64,000 nt of DNA from a virus: positions 32,001 through 96,000 of the IMG/VR virus record IMGVR_UViG_3300044530_000662. The stretch is one strand, 5' to 3'. This document shows positions 42,040 through 52,612 of this stretch, piece after piece. The stretch's first letter is position 1; each line of letters opens with the position of its first letter. The notes beneath the pieces are model-generated. The model ran no database searches, was not told the DNA's origin, and worked only from the letters and a program-made list of their open reading frames with translations. A program made the position numbers and the translations under genes.

Positions 42040-43539
42040 TTATTTCTTTTTAGATTTCTTTTTATTTGGATATAATGCTAAAGCAGTTGATCCACCAGCT
42101 ATACCAATTAGAGTGCGTTGTAATTTTTTGTCAGACTCAGCAGCTTTAAATTTTTCCCAATCTTCAGATCTTTTTAAATTAGCTGTTTTTTTATTATAAC
42201 TATCTACTTTAGCTTTTTTATATTTATCTGAAAGTTGTTTAACACCTATCTTAGCAGATTTAGTAGCACTTTTAGCAGCACCCATAGCTGGTTTAATATA
42301 GTTGGCTGCTGTTTTTACAATTTTACCATATTGAGCTTTAGGTAAAACTTGTCCACCTTTTCTCATTTTTTCTTTTTTTGACTTATCAATGTTAGCATTC
42401 ATTTTTTGTTCAGCTGTCATTGCTAGTTCTTTAGGTCCAGTATACTCAATAGGTCCTGCTTTTTTAATCTCCATTTTTTCTGGAGCTGTTACAGTTTTAG
42501 CTGGAGCAGTTTTAGGTTTTGAACTAGCCATTTGTTTATTAATGATAGCTTGAACTTTATCATAGTCTGCACCTAATGCTTTTTTTCTATCAGCACCTGA
42601 ACCATATTTACCACTCATTACATCTTTTGCTTTTTGTTCAATTGATGTATTGTTAACTTTAGGAGTATCTTTTTTCAAGTTAGTTTCTATCTTAGTAGTA
42701 TTCTTACCTGTTACTGTAGCTTTAACAGCACCGATAACTTTAGAACTTGTTACTGGTTTTTTAGCAGCTGGTTTTTTAGCACCTGGTCTTTCTAAACCTT
42801 CAATATAACCTTTTACAAATTTTGGATTACTTGTTTTAGTAGAACTTTTAGGAGCTTTCTTAGCAGCATTAACAGCAGCAGAACTAATACCTGTTGCTTT
42901 TTTAGGACCGGCTAAACTTTCTTTAACATTTTTTAAAGTGTTAGCATTTCTTTCAGCAGGTGTCATGTTTTTATAACGTGAATCACTTGCTGGTATAGCT
43001 TTCTTAGAATCTGTTTTTGGTTTTGTAGATTGTTTAGTTTCAGCTTTTGTAGTATCAGGTTTTTTAGTAAGAGTTTTAGCTCCAGCTTTTATTGCTGTTC
43101 CTTTTTTCTTATCAAAAGCTCCAGATGAAGTGGCAGCTGCAAGAGCTGCTGCTGTACCATAAACAGCAAGCATTGCTTTACCTTTTATATCTTTTCCTTT
43201 ACTAGCTTTTTTACCTACTTCAACAAAATCTGTATATTTTGGTGCTTGTTGTGCAATCTTACCAGCTTTAGCTAAAGCAGTACTTTTACCAGAACTTATT
43301 AATTTAGCTTTACTTACCGTACTTGCATTTTTTGTTTGAGTAGCAGGATAATTATTTCCAGGTTTAGCTACAGCTGTAGATGTAGATTTTGATTTAGAAA
43401 CATTTTCTGCAGCTTTTTGACCATATGATTTTGTTTTTTCTGTAGCTTTTTTAAATGCATCTCTAGATGTATTTTTTGTTTTAGCTGGTAAATTAAAACT
43501 CATTTGGAGTTGTTTAGCTGTTGTTTTTTTCTTTGCCAT
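42040..43539 (-). CDS. Histone H1-like Lys/Ala/Thr-rich protein, 499 aa
   Basis: AKKPAAKKP-type tracts; MRKGG and LPKAQYG motifs. Confidence 0.6.
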   Translation of the reverse strand: MAKKKTTAKQLQMSFNLPAKTKNTSRDAFKKATEKTKSYGQKAAENVSKSKSTSTAVAKPGNNYPATQTKNASTVSKAKLISSGKSTALAKAGKIAQQAPKYTDFVEVGKKASKGKDIKGKAMLAVYGTAAALAAATSSGAFDKKKGTAIKAGAKTLTKKPDTTKAETKQSTKPKTDSKKAIPASDSRYKNMTPAERNANTLKNVKESLAGPKKATGISSAAVNAAKKAPKSSTKTSNPKFVKGYIEGLERPGAKKPAAKKPVTSSKVIGAVKATVTGKNTTKIETNLKKDTPKVNNTSIEQKAKDVMSGKYGSGADRKKALGADYDKVQAIINKQMASSKPKTAPAKTVTAPEKMEIKKAGPIEYTGPKELAMTAEQKMNANIDKSKKEKMRKGGQVLPKAQYGKIVKTAANYIKPAMGAAKSATKSAKIGVKQLSDKYKKAKVDSYNKKTANLKRSEDWEKFKAAESDKKLQRTLIGIAGGSTALALYPNKKKSKKK

Positions 43540-43551
43540 TTTATTTTGTTT

Positions 43552-44568
43552 TTATGAATTCCAATACTTCTCACAAGCAGTATTAAGATCTTTTAAAACA
43601 TCCTCATTTAAAGGGTTCTTCAAGAACTCAACAACATCAGAAACATTTCTTCCAAGTAAGCTATTTGACTTAGAATGATAAATGAATCCATCTGCCTTAT
43701 TAATAATATACTTAAAAAATACGGAATCTCTAACAATTGATTTAATTTTTAATGCTTCCATATCCATATTTGCTGTTTCCATGAAGGATTTAGCAGCTCT
43801 TTCTTTATTAGTCTCTCCACCTTCACCGTTAATATATCTATCCATGTTCTCATAGATAATATCTGTTGGTGTTGCTTTTCTATATTGTGTACTATTAATA
43901 TCTACAACTTTTGCAATGTAGAATAATTTAGTACTGTTTTTGTCAAATAATTTTTGTAGTTCAGACAATGCTCTATTTCTAAGTTTTTTGTACTCAGTTC
44001 TAACCATTACTGTTTCTTCTTCTTTGTCTAAGTAAAACTTAGGTGGAACAGCTTTTGATCTAGCATCATCAAAACTTTTTGCTACAATAGAAAACCCTCC
44101 GGCCTCAATAGCATATAGCTTAACTCTATCAAAAGGATCTTTAGGATCCAAGTATAATGGGTCATTACCACAAGAGATTTGTATTTTATTCCAAAACTCT
44201 GCATTATCTGGTTTAAGTAATTTTACTTTATTCCAGAATTGTAAATCATCAATATCAATATAATTAGCAGCAAGTTCTTTTTCTAATTCTATTACCGCAG
44301 TTCTAATCTGAAATATTCTTGCTTCTTTTTCTTCTTTTGGTAAATGATTAATCTCTGGAGAAAATTCATTTAATCCTGTAATGTATCTAACAACACCGTT
44401 TATTTCTAAACAAGATAATTGTTCATTGTGTGTAACTCCATCAAATAGAGTCATACCATATTCTTCTAATCCCATGTTAGAAGATCTGCTGTCAAAGAAA
44501 GGTCTGATAGCAATTGCTGTTTTTCTTACTGAGCCCTTACCGGTCTCAACCATTGTGAAATTTTCCAT
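43552..44568 (-). CDS. Conserved crAss-like structural protein downstream of MCP (gene 75-like), 338 aa
   Basis: Directly follows MCP; LDPKDPFDRVKLY..EA..F..VA.S segment; synteny. Confidence 0.55.
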   Translation of the reverse strand: MENFTMVETGKGSVRKTAIAIRPFFDSRSSNMGLEEYGMTLFDGVTHNEQLSCLEINGVVRYITGLNEFSPEINHLPKEEKEARIFQIRTAVIELEKELAANYIDIDDLQFWNKVKLLKPDNAEFWNKIQISCGNDPLYLDPKDPFDRVKLYAIEAGGFSIVAKSFDDARSKAVPPKFYLDKEEETVMVRTEYKKLRNRALSELQKLFDKNSTKLFYIAKVVDINSTQYRKATPTDIIYENMDRYINGEGGETNKERAAKSFMETANMDMEALKIKSIVRDSVFFKYIINKADGFIYHSKSNSLLGRNVSDVVEFLKNPLNEDVLKDLNTACEKYWNS

Positions 44569-44604
44569 TTTGTTGTTGGTTTGTTTATTGGTTTGTTTTT
44601 ATTT

Positions 44605-44641
44605 AAAAAAAGCACAGAGCATCATTAGTGACACTCTGTGC
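44605..44641 (-). terminator. Rho-independent terminator after MCP
   Basis: GCACAGAG...CTCTGTGC 8-bp stem followed by 7 T on the minus strand. Confidence 0.75.
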
Positions 44642-44656
44642 AATTATTTTGTTTAA

Positions 44657-46276
44657 TTAGAATGATCCACCAGTGATTGGGTTTCTCATAACAATTTTCA
44701 ACACTTTAGTTGGGTCTTTTACCCAGATAGCTGGCATTGTTTGAGACATCATAACACGGTAACCATTGAATTGTCCTGAAGACTGGAACCCTTGTGTACG
44801 TCCCATGTAGTCCATAGTACCATTTTGATACCACCATTTCAATTGATTATCCCAAGATAATTTCAACAAGAAGATGTTGTCATTAGTATTATCTGTGATA
44901 TCAAAGATAATGAATGAGTAAGATGATAATGGGAAACCATCAATGATTGGGTTCTCAATATCATTAGTATGAACATTGTCAAATGCTGGGTTCAATACAA
45001 ACTTAACATTTGCCAAGAAAGGAATCACATAAGAAGTGTAAGCAAATCCAAAATTCAAGTCCATACCTTTACCAGTGATTGCACCAATATCAGCAGCTTG
45101 AATTAATAAACCTGAAGATACTGCTTCACGTTTGATAGCTTCATTTACCATTCTCATTCCACCCATACCAGTTTGTACAACTAATGAGCGTTTTGGATCT
45201 GGACCTTGGAACTCAACTTTACCATTGAAGAAGTTGTAGATCTCTCCACGGAACAAATCAAGTGTAAAGTTATTTTTGTTGTATACTCTTTTGAAAGAGT
45301 TATCCAACTGTTTCCAAAGACCTACAGACAATCTAACATCATCTGGTCCATCTTGACGTACTCTACCACCATGACCCCACATTAAGTAAGTCTCAATGTC
45401 AGTTGCAATTTTAGATAAATGTGCAGATTCCATTGTAGTTAAGAAAGTTCTTGACAAGTCTCCATTGTCAAATGCTTTTTTAACTTTATCCTTACCTAAT
45501 TTAGTTACCATATCTTCTAAAGATGTGATAGATGGATCAATGTTTTTGTCAAATGTTCTCCAGATCTCAGTTACAGGAACTGTACCATCTGCATTCATTC
45601 CACCTTTGATCATCAAGTCAGCACGGCTAGAGATAGAATAATGTACGTGAGCTTCAGCACCACCAACATAGTTGTAGAATTCACGGAATCCAGCTCTTGT
45701 TGTAATGTCAGAGAATCTCTCACCATATTCACCACGTGCAGAACCTTTACGGAATACTTTAGTTCCATTGTTCAAATACTTGTTATCCAAATATTTGTAG
45801 TTGTCATTATCTACTAATTGTACTGTATAGATGAATCCATCTCCAATAGGAAGGATATCTTCTGAAGGTACAATGTACATCTCAGCACCATTGTATTTGT
45901 CATAAGTGATGATATCACCATGTCCAAACTCACGTCTGCTTAATTTGATACGGAATGTTGTTCCATCAACACCTTTGAAAGTATTGTCTGGTTCAATATC
46001 CTCAATAATGTAAGGTAAGTCTGTAGACACAGGTGTCTGCCATTTGTACTCACCACGCGCGTTATCAACCATGATAACATTTTTACCACCAAATGATGAC
46101 ATTTGATAAAGTGGCATTTCAACTTTCTGAGCCATAGCCCATAAGTCAACTGGGCCTAAGTCCATAGGCTCAGCATCTTTTAGCATGTTCACCAAGTGGT
46201 AAGAATCCACATGGGAAGTAGCTTGATACGCGGTATCTCTAAGGAATATACCATTGTTTAAAACTGGAGTTGCCAT
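44657..46276 (-). CDS. Major capsid protein (crAss-like), 539 aa
   Basis: Position portal-scaffold-this gene; followed by a terminator; lower AT skew typical of a highly expressed gene; E...LMWG.GG and VKFVLNPAFD motifs. Confidence 0.85.
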   Translation of the reverse strand: MATPVLNNGIFLRDTAYQATSHVDSYHLVNMLKDAEPMDLGPVDLWAMAQKVEMPLYQMSSFGGKNVIMVDNARGEYKWQTPVSTDLPYIIEDIEPDNTFKGVDGTTFRIKLSRREFGHGDIITYDKYNGAEMYIVPSEDILPIGDGFIYTVQLVDNDNYKYLDNKYLNNGTKVFRKGSARGEYGERFSDITTRAGFREFYNYVGGAEAHVHYSISSRADLMIKGGMNADGTVPVTEIWRTFDKNIDPSITSLEDMVTKLGKDKVKKAFDNGDLSRTFLTTMESAHLSKIATDIETYLMWGHGGRVRQDGPDDVRLSVGLWKQLDNSFKRVYNKNNFTLDLFRGEIYNFFNGKVEFQGPDPKRSLVVQTGMGGMRMVNEAIKREAVSSGLLIQAADIGAITGKGMDLNFGFAYTSYVIPFLANVKFVLNPAFDNVHTNDIENPIIDGFPLSSYSFIIFDITDNTNDNIFLLKLSWDNQLKWWYQNGTMDYMGRTQGFQSSGQFNGYRVMMSQTMPAIWVKDPTKVLKIVMRNPITGGSF

Positions 46277-46303
46277 TTTTATTATTTATTTAATTGTTAC
46301 TAA

Positions 46304-47560
46304 TTAAAATCTCTTGAACATATTTGCTCTTGGGATTGTTCTTTGTTGAGGTTTTGCGGTCCCTCTTTTTTGTTCTTCAAAAGCATCTGTTGATGATGAA
46401 GAAGCAAGTTTCCTAGACTCCTCTGTCTTTAATTGTCTTACTGTTTTTTCTACAGCTTGTTTACTACCTTGCTCTCTGATCTTTGCTTCAAATCCATCTG
46501 GATCTGCAAGTAACCAAAGTGCTTTAGCAATTAATCCATGATTAGGTTCTACAAACTGATACTTTTCAAGTAAGTGTCCTAACATGTTTGTTTGTTTACC
46601 AGAAATTGATGGGTAGTTAGGTTGAACTAATCCTGAGTATAACATACTCTGAATTTTTTTGTCAAGCTTAACACCACTTAGTTCACCAGTTACAAGAGTA
46701 TTATATACACTATCAGTATATGCTTTAGCTTGTTTTTGTTGTTGATCTTTTCTATGCTCTTGTTCTGCTAATTGACTTGCAACAATTTCTTCTTGCATTC
46801 TGTCTAACTTAGGTTTAAACTGATTAGCTTTTTGTTCTAGTTTACCAACATCAGACCAATCTTCAATTTCAGATTCAATCTCTTCAGGTGTACCAAAGTT
46901 TGTTGCATAAAGATATTGTCTTGCAATTTCAGCTTGATCATTTTCATCTGATGGATTTAAAGATCTCATTTCTTCTACATGAGCAAGAGTTCTGAATAAG
47001 CTTTTAAGGTCTTGACCACCATCAGCTACATACTTTGCTGCTATTTGAAGTTCTTCTGGAAGAGAGTTAAAGAATTCTTTTGGTGTATCTTCTCTAACTT
47101 TATTTTCTCTTTCTTGGAAGTTTGCTTCAAATAATTCTCTGAAGTCTTTAGTAGTATATTCATCTAATGATTTATCATCATCAAATGGAACAAGTGTACC
47201 TTCTTCAATCATTTTACTAGCTAATTCAGCAAGACCTGATTTATCAACCTTTGGTCTTCCTTTATTACCAGCATCTTCTTCTTGAAAAATTAAGTCTTCT
47301 AGCTCAGCAATTGTTTCATCAACTTCTGTTTTCTTTTCTTTGGCTTCTTGCTTTTCAGCATAAGTAGCCGTAGAGTTGTCAAGGAACGTGGTATCAACAT
47401 TCTCCTTTGAGAATACTGATTTAGGTTTTTCAGACTTATCATCTGGTAACATGATGTTTGCTGCACCAGGGTTACCAAAGATCTCATCAATATTTACATC
47501 TACTTGTTCTACCGTTGTAGAATTTAGGACCTCAGCAAGGTCTTTTGTTTCTTCACTCAT
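46304..47560 (-). CDS. Acidic scaffold-like protein (crAss gene 77-like), 418 aa
   Basis: Acidic N-terminal half, coiled coil, between portal and MCP. Confidence 0.65.
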   Translation of the reverse strand: MSEETKDLAEVLNSTTVEQVDVNIDEIFGNPGAANIMLPDDKSEKPKSVFSKENVDTTFLDNSTATYAEKQEAKEKKTEVDETIAELEDLIFQEEDAGNKGRPKVDKSGLAELASKMIEEGTLVPFDDDKSLDEYTTKDFRELFEANFQERENKVREDTPKEFFNSLPEELQIAAKYVADGGQDLKSLFRTLAHVEEMRSLNPSDENDQAEIARQYLYATNFGTPEEIESEIEDWSDVGKLEQKANQFKPKLDRMQEEIVASQLAEQEHRKDQQQKQAKAYTDSVYNTLVTGELSGVKLDKKIQSMLYSGLVQPNYPSISGKQTNMLGHLLEKYQFVEPNHGLIAKALWLLADPDGFEAKIREQGSKQAVEKTVRQLKTEESRKLASSSSTDAFEEQKRGTAKPQQRTIPRANMFKRF

Positions 47561-47585
47561 TGTTGTTGGTTTTTGTTTATACTTT

Positions 47586-47613
47586 AATATACAAAATAAA
47601 CTTGATAAATTTA
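47586..47613 (-). promoter_or_regulatory. Putative promoter (TTTTGTATATT) plus TAAACTT-N3-AAATTTA palindrome upstream of scaffold/MCP
   Basis: Matches the shared TATATT element; palindrome is a 1-mismatch copy of 19242-19258. Confidence 0.45.
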
Positions 47614-47651
47614 AAAGAGATTATATAATTTTTTGCACTATATAGCTAAGT

Positions 47652-50402
47652 CTACTTTTTCTTAGCATCTTTATTTGGTTTATCAAACTTATTTTTGTTT
47701 TCTCTAGCAATTTGTAATTGTTTATCAGCTATTTCTTTTTGAGTTTGAAGCTTCTGTCTGTCAAGATCAATCTTTTGACTTTCTCTGTAGTTCTCATTAC
47801 TTTGCTTTTCTCTTTGTAATTGCATTTGAGACTGATACTGTTCAGTAGATCTTATTTCTTTCATAGCATCTTCATAGTCAGATATCTCATTTTTGTTTAC
47901 ATCCTGCATAGCACCGTATCCTGCTGATCTTATCTCAGCTACAGTAATATCTTTCTGTATAAGTTTATCTTGTTTTTCAGCTTCTGCTTGAATCTCCATT
48001 TGTTTTTGTTTCTCTTGAGAAGCAATTTGTTCTTGTTGCATTTGTTGTGCTGACTGTTGTTCTTGTTGTTTCATCTGAGTTTGTTTTTCTTCAGATGATT
48101 TAAGAGCTGTATTTACTTCAGCAATTGAATCTGCTTGTACAATTTTACCAAGATCATAGATTGATGCTCCACTTGTATTATTAGTCAAGGCCATAGATTT
48201 TAACTGTTCTAATACTGCCCTATGATTTGCTGTTGTTGTACAGAAAATATTAAGGTCTCTCAGAAGTAAATCTGTTCCATTTACTTGAAAATTAACTTTA
48301 TCATCAGCACCCGTGATATAACTAAGTCTAGCAGATGGTTTTGTAGAATGATAATATTGAGCTAAGTCAGTTCTCATCTGATGAACTCTTGGCATTAAGT
48401 AGTCACAATGTTGAATAAAGAATACTTCTGTTTGAGCATAAGATGATGCAGTAGCTTGTTCCACACCTGTTGCAGTCATTTGTGATAACTGTGCACCCAT
48501 ACGTTGTGGATTTATTCCTATCACTTCATATGCTTGTTGTTTAAAATGTTCAGCAAGTTTAATCCTTGACATTAATCTTTCTGTCTGAGATAGATCTAGT
48601 TTCTGGAAATGTTGGAAGTTAAGAGCATTCTCTGTATTTGTAATAGAGGTATCAAGAGGAAGCATCTGGAAGTTCTTCATAGCTACATAAGCTTTAGCTA
48701 AATTTCCTTTCCCCCAGTCTTCTCCTAATGAATGTCTTGGTAAAGCATTTTGATCAAGTAAGATAATAGTACCTAACTCATCTACTAAGATGTCTGCAAT
48801 CTGATTATTTACAATATTGTATCCAATCTGATATGGCTTCATTAAGTCAAGTAAAGCAGTTGACTTGGTGTTTCTATCTGAGAATACTGCTCCCTCCACA
48901 GGCAACTTACAACCATATAGAGTATTATCTCCTTTAAATTGAAACTTAAGTGGTCCTATATGGTTTCTGTCTACCCCTAAATATATTGGTGAAAATCCTC
49001 CTGGATTATTCATACCCCAGAATGATGGAATGTTTGGACCTATTTTAATACCACCCCAAACTTCATTGATCCATATCCAGTCAATATGTTCACCAAATAC
49101 AAGATTGTCTTTTGTTTTGTTTTTAAAAAGTCTTGTATCATAAATAGGCTTGTCTTCAACTTTGTAATCTTCAGTAATTACTTCATTAATAATTTCACCA
49201 TTATCTGATATCTTGGTTAAGTGCCCTACTTTACGTTGAGACTTCCAGTATCCTGTAGTTACTCTTAATAAGTATGCTGTACCTTGGTCAAAGTAATCTT
49301 CTCCCTCAGACATAATTGAAGCAATAATATCACCACCATCTAATACAGAACCTGCTCTCATAGTAGTATACTGTCTGTATGCTAATGAAGGCATGTTAAC
49401 ATTCCACTCATGAGATTTAGTACCGTCATAATAAGTACCATCATTTTGATATCCTCCAGTGATGTAACCAGCAGAACGGATAGGATATACATTTTCTAGA
49501 GCTTCTAACTGATCTTGGGTCATCATATAACCAAATCTATCAATTACATCTGATACAGTCATCATATCAATTTTACCTACCCAGTTAGCTTGAGAGATAT
49601 ATCTAGCATCTGGAGATTTATGATAGAATGTAATTGGGGGATTCCATAGCTCAATTTCATAGTCATCTTCCATCATGCGGAAATGCCAGAACTCTCTATC
49701 TGTAATAAGCATGTCTCTGAAACCTCTTTCTTCAAGCTCATCCATTTTAAATCTTTCTACATCTACATGATGCTGATGAACTGCCCATTGTTCTGCCATT
49801 GATCTGTAATCTTTTTTAAAGAAAGATTCTATCTCAGGTAAGCTTTTTATTTTATCAGGAGATAATTCTTCTTGTGCTTCTGGAGAGTTTGGATCAAGAC
49901 CTTGTTCTAATAATGCTGCAGTAATTTTAATCTGTGCATTTGCCATTAATACTTCTTCTACAGCAGTTCTTTTTTGTTCTAGTAATTCATTATATGAATA
50001 CTCATCAACAGCTCTATATGTAAGTTTAGTTGATCTCTTAGCAAATTCAGCTACTAGAACATTAATAACATTTGGAATGATTGGGTAAAACTTAAGCTCT
50101 AATGCTGAAGCATCTTCTCTAGTTAATACTTCTACTATGTCTCTATAGTCATTATCTTCTTCTACAATATAATCAGACTTATCTATTACACCTTTTGCTA
50201 ACTTATAGTTTTTCATAAGTCTGCGAGCATTTCTGCGGATCTGTTTTAATCCATTCCATTCTAACCAGTCTAAGTTCCAAGCTGCCCACTCATCATCTTT
50301 ATCTTTTTTATTTAAAAATTGAAGCGGTTGAGTAATACTACCCATTCTATTATGAGATGTCTTAGCACCTTTTTTGGCTTGTAACGCGTTGATAATTTGC
50401 AT
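47652..50402 (-). CDS. Portal protein, 916 aa
   Basis: Follows terminase; FYPIIPNVINVL.AE..KR and DLMKPYQI.YN...N motifs; long Q/E coiled-coil C-terminus as in crAss-like portals. Confidence 0.85.
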   Translation of the reverse strand: MQIINALQAKKGAKTSHNRMGSITQPLQFLNKKDKDDEWAAWNLDWLEWNGLKQIRRNARRLMKNYKLAKGVIDKSDYIVEEDNDYRDIVEVLTREDASALELKFYPIIPNVINVLVAEFAKRSTKLTYRAVDEYSYNELLEQKRTAVEEVLMANAQIKITAALLEQGLDPNSPEAQEELSPDKIKSLPEIESFFKKDYRSMAEQWAVHQHHVDVERFKMDELEERGFRDMLITDREFWHFRMMEDDYEIELWNPPITFYHKSPDARYISQANWVGKIDMMTVSDVIDRFGYMMTQDQLEALENVYPIRSAGYITGGYQNDGTYYDGTKSHEWNVNMPSLAYRQYTTMRAGSVLDGGDIIASIMSEGEDYFDQGTAYLLRVTTGYWKSQRKVGHLTKISDNGEIINEVITEDYKVEDKPIYDTRLFKNKTKDNLVFGEHIDWIWINEVWGGIKIGPNIPSFWGMNNPGGFSPIYLGVDRNHIGPLKFQFKGDNTLYGCKLPVEGAVFSDRNTKSTALLDLMKPYQIGYNIVNNQIADILVDELGTIILLDQNALPRHSLGEDWGKGNLAKAYVAMKNFQMLPLDTSITNTENALNFQHFQKLDLSQTERLMSRIKLAEHFKQQAYEVIGINPQRMGAQLSQMTATGVEQATASSYAQTEVFFIQHCDYLMPRVHQMRTDLAQYYHSTKPSARLSYITGADDKVNFQVNGTDLLLRDLNIFCTTTANHRAVLEQLKSMALTNNTSGASIYDLGKIVQADSIAEVNTALKSSEEKQTQMKQQEQQSAQQMQQEQIASQEKQKQMEIQAEAEKQDKLIQKDITVAEIRSAGYGAMQDVNKNEISDYEDAMKEIRSTEQYQSQMQLQREKQSNENYRESQKIDLDRQKLQTQKEIADKQLQIARENKNKFDKPNKDAKKK

Positions 50403-50407
50403 ATCTG

Positions 50408-52612
50408 TTATTTAAGGTTTTTAAATGGGGATTTTTTAAACCCCGTTCCATTAGAATAATAGGACTTACCCATATGTCTAAAGGGACTATTATTTAATTT
50501 AAACAAATTTTCTGACTTTTGCAAGTTTTTAGCTGCATCATCCATGATAACTCTTTTACTATATCCCCTATTTGCTTGCTGTATTCTCATAAAAGCTACA
50601 AGTGCACAGAAAGCTACCATCCTATCCACGTTGAGCCCATCAGCATAAGCTTGCATCTCTTTAAGCAACATTGGATCAGGTATTCTTTCTATACCGTATT
50701 TAGTTCTTACAATAGTACCATCTGTTTTAGTTTCAATATCTAACTCTTCTTTAGTATATTCTATAGCATAACTAAGAAGGTGATTTTTAAATAGTACTCC
50801 TGTATTTTTCCAACCATACTCCTGGAATACATTAGCATTAGCACCTAAGTCTTTTAAGAACATAATCTGACTTTTAGGTACTAGATATTTTTGTTTCTTT
50901 CTGGATATCATGTATTGAATAAATAGAGAGATGTTATTCTCTATAACAGCCCATGCATTATACCATTCTATAATTAACTCTAGTCTTTGGTGTGTTTTGT
51001 TAAGGTCATCAAACCTTCCACACCAAGCTGCTACAATTTTATCTGGTTCTATATAAGTCTCTGTTTCTGTACCTGTAACCTTGGTAACTTCTATTGGAGC
51101 TTTCATTATATAGATAGAACATAGTGATTCTGAGGTAGTTGTCTTACCCTCCGACACCGGGTCAATAGAAGCATAATAATGTTTAGCAAACTCTGGATTA
51201 GGTATAGGTCTTTCCCATACTACAAGTACTCCTGTTTTATCTTCTGTATTTTTAGTAACTGGAAATTCTCTAATAGGCATTTTATTAGAAATTTTAACTG
51301 CAGGTTTTCCATTCTCATCTGCATAGATATCTAAAAATTCATATGCATATTCTTTTTCTTCTATTCTTCTTTGTTGTGCAGCAATTAAGTGTGTTGGAAA
51401 TTTAGATACAGTTCTGTTTGCAAAAGCTTCTTCAATATTTCTAGGATGCTGTGAAATCCTTAACTGATAAGTTTCTGGATCCAATTCTTTTTTCCAAACT
51501 TCAAACTGTCTATCTAATGCTTCTAATGCTTGTTCTACAAGTGAATTACCATAAGCATCAATGTGTGGTGGCATAGACCATTGTTCAGGTATAAATAAAC
51601 CTGATAAACCTATAGTACCTTTATTATCTATTAGATCTGTTTCTACAGCATATACATCACTATCTTTTGGTTTAAGAATCATTTTTCTCAAAGGTTCACA
51701 TTGAGATAAGTCACCCACAGATCCTGCAGCAATAAACATCCCTGTAGTAATTAAACCAGATCTCATGGCTGGACGCATGTACTCATATGTAGTATCCATC
51801 TTAGGAGCAATCCCAGCCTCCTCATGAAAGAAGTATTTAACTGGACCCCCTACACCATTTGTTGGATCTTTTTCAAAAGACATACCTTGCATAGTACCTT
51901 TTAGACCCACTTCTGTTTTTCTGTCTCCTTTTCTTACTTCAATCTTCTGCTGCCACATTAAGACCTTGTCTGGAGACATTGGACGGTACCATGCAGTATG
52001 TTCATTAAGGAAGGCAGCATATTCCGATAAAAACTTCCAAGAACCTTTCTCATTAATATAATCTTTAAGACTGGCTCCCATTTTTAATGTTACCCCTGAC
52101 TCAAACCATAACTGATTAAGTAACTTAGATATATGAAAATAAGAAGATGCTATCTGACGTTTCTTTAAGATAGCAACATGTTTGTAATTTAATTCTGCAA
52201 GTAACTCATACAGAGCCATGTGATACTGAGCATCACGGATTTTAGCAAAGTCAAACTTCTGTTGTTCTTTATCAAAGATTGGTAAGAAGTTTAACCACAT
52301 GTAATAGTCTCTAGTTATAAACCATTTCTTATTACCATTTATATAAAAGACTCCTTTTCTACATTTGTTTTTTTGATCATCCCAGTAATTAATAAAATCT
52401 TTAGATTTAAAGGGAGCTAAGCAATATACATTGTTAGCCCTAAATAAAGTAGATTGTTCATTAAATAAATAACTGGTTTCATCAAAGTTATATTTACCTG
52501 GTTCAGCAAATATCTCTTCTATAGATTTAGAAAATTCTTCTCTAGACTCAAATGATATTGTAGTCCAAGTACCATTATCCCAACAGGGTATATCTTGATA
52601 GATTTCACTCAT
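50408..52612 (-). CDS. terL: Terminase large subunit, 734 aa
   Basis: Walker A-like LKKRQIASS; Walker B FFHEEAG; nuclease YASIDPV and E.N motifs; C-terminal DR..A. Confidence 0.9.
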   Translation of the reverse strand: MSEIYQDIPCWDNGTWTTISFESREEFSKSIEEIFAEPGKYNFDETSYLFNEQSTLFRANNVYCLAPFKSKDFINYWDDQKNKCRKGVFYINGNKKWFITRDYYMWLNFLPIFDKEQQKFDFAKIRDAQYHMALYELLAELNYKHVAILKKRQIASSYFHISKLLNQLWFESGVTLKMGASLKDYINEKGSWKFLSEYAAFLNEHTAWYRPMSPDKVLMWQQKIEVRKGDRKTEVGLKGTMQGMSFEKDPTNGVGGPVKYFFHEEAGIAPKMDTTYEYMRPAMRSGLITTGMFIAAGSVGDLSQCEPLRKMILKPKDSDVYAVETDLIDNKGTIGLSGLFIPEQWSMPPHIDAYGNSLVEQALEALDRQFEVWKKELDPETYQLRISQHPRNIEEAFANRTVSKFPTHLIAAQQRRIEEKEYAYEFLDIYADENGKPAVKISNKMPIREFPVTKNTEDKTGVLVVWERPIPNPEFAKHYYASIDPVSEGKTTTSESLCSIYIMKAPIEVTKVTGTETETYIEPDKIVAAWCGRFDDLNKTHQRLELIIEWYNAWAVIENNISLFIQYMISRKKQKYLVPKSQIMFLKDLGANANVFQEYGWKNTGVLFKNHLLSYAIEYTKEELDIETKTDGTIVRTKYGIERIPDPMLLKEMQAYADGLNVDRMVAFCALVAFMRIQQANRGYSKRVIMDDAAKNLQKSENLFKLNNSPFRHMGKSYYSNGTGFKKSPFKNLK

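Noticed and set aside
10402-47490. Short minus-strand ORFs nested out of frame in large genes (10402, 14894, 15125, 17028, 39837, 45940, 47299) and 29706..29906
   Set aside because: Alternate-frame by-products. The 29706 ORF runs through a terminator and the structured element and has no credible product.
46304-47560. Prohead protease between portal and MCP
   Set aside because: Acidic coiled-coil sequence with no recognisable catalytic motif; better explained as a scaffold.
44657-52612. Introns or inteins in terminase, portal or MCP
   Set aside because: ORFs are continuous and of expected size, with no intein termini or homing-endonuclease motifs seen.
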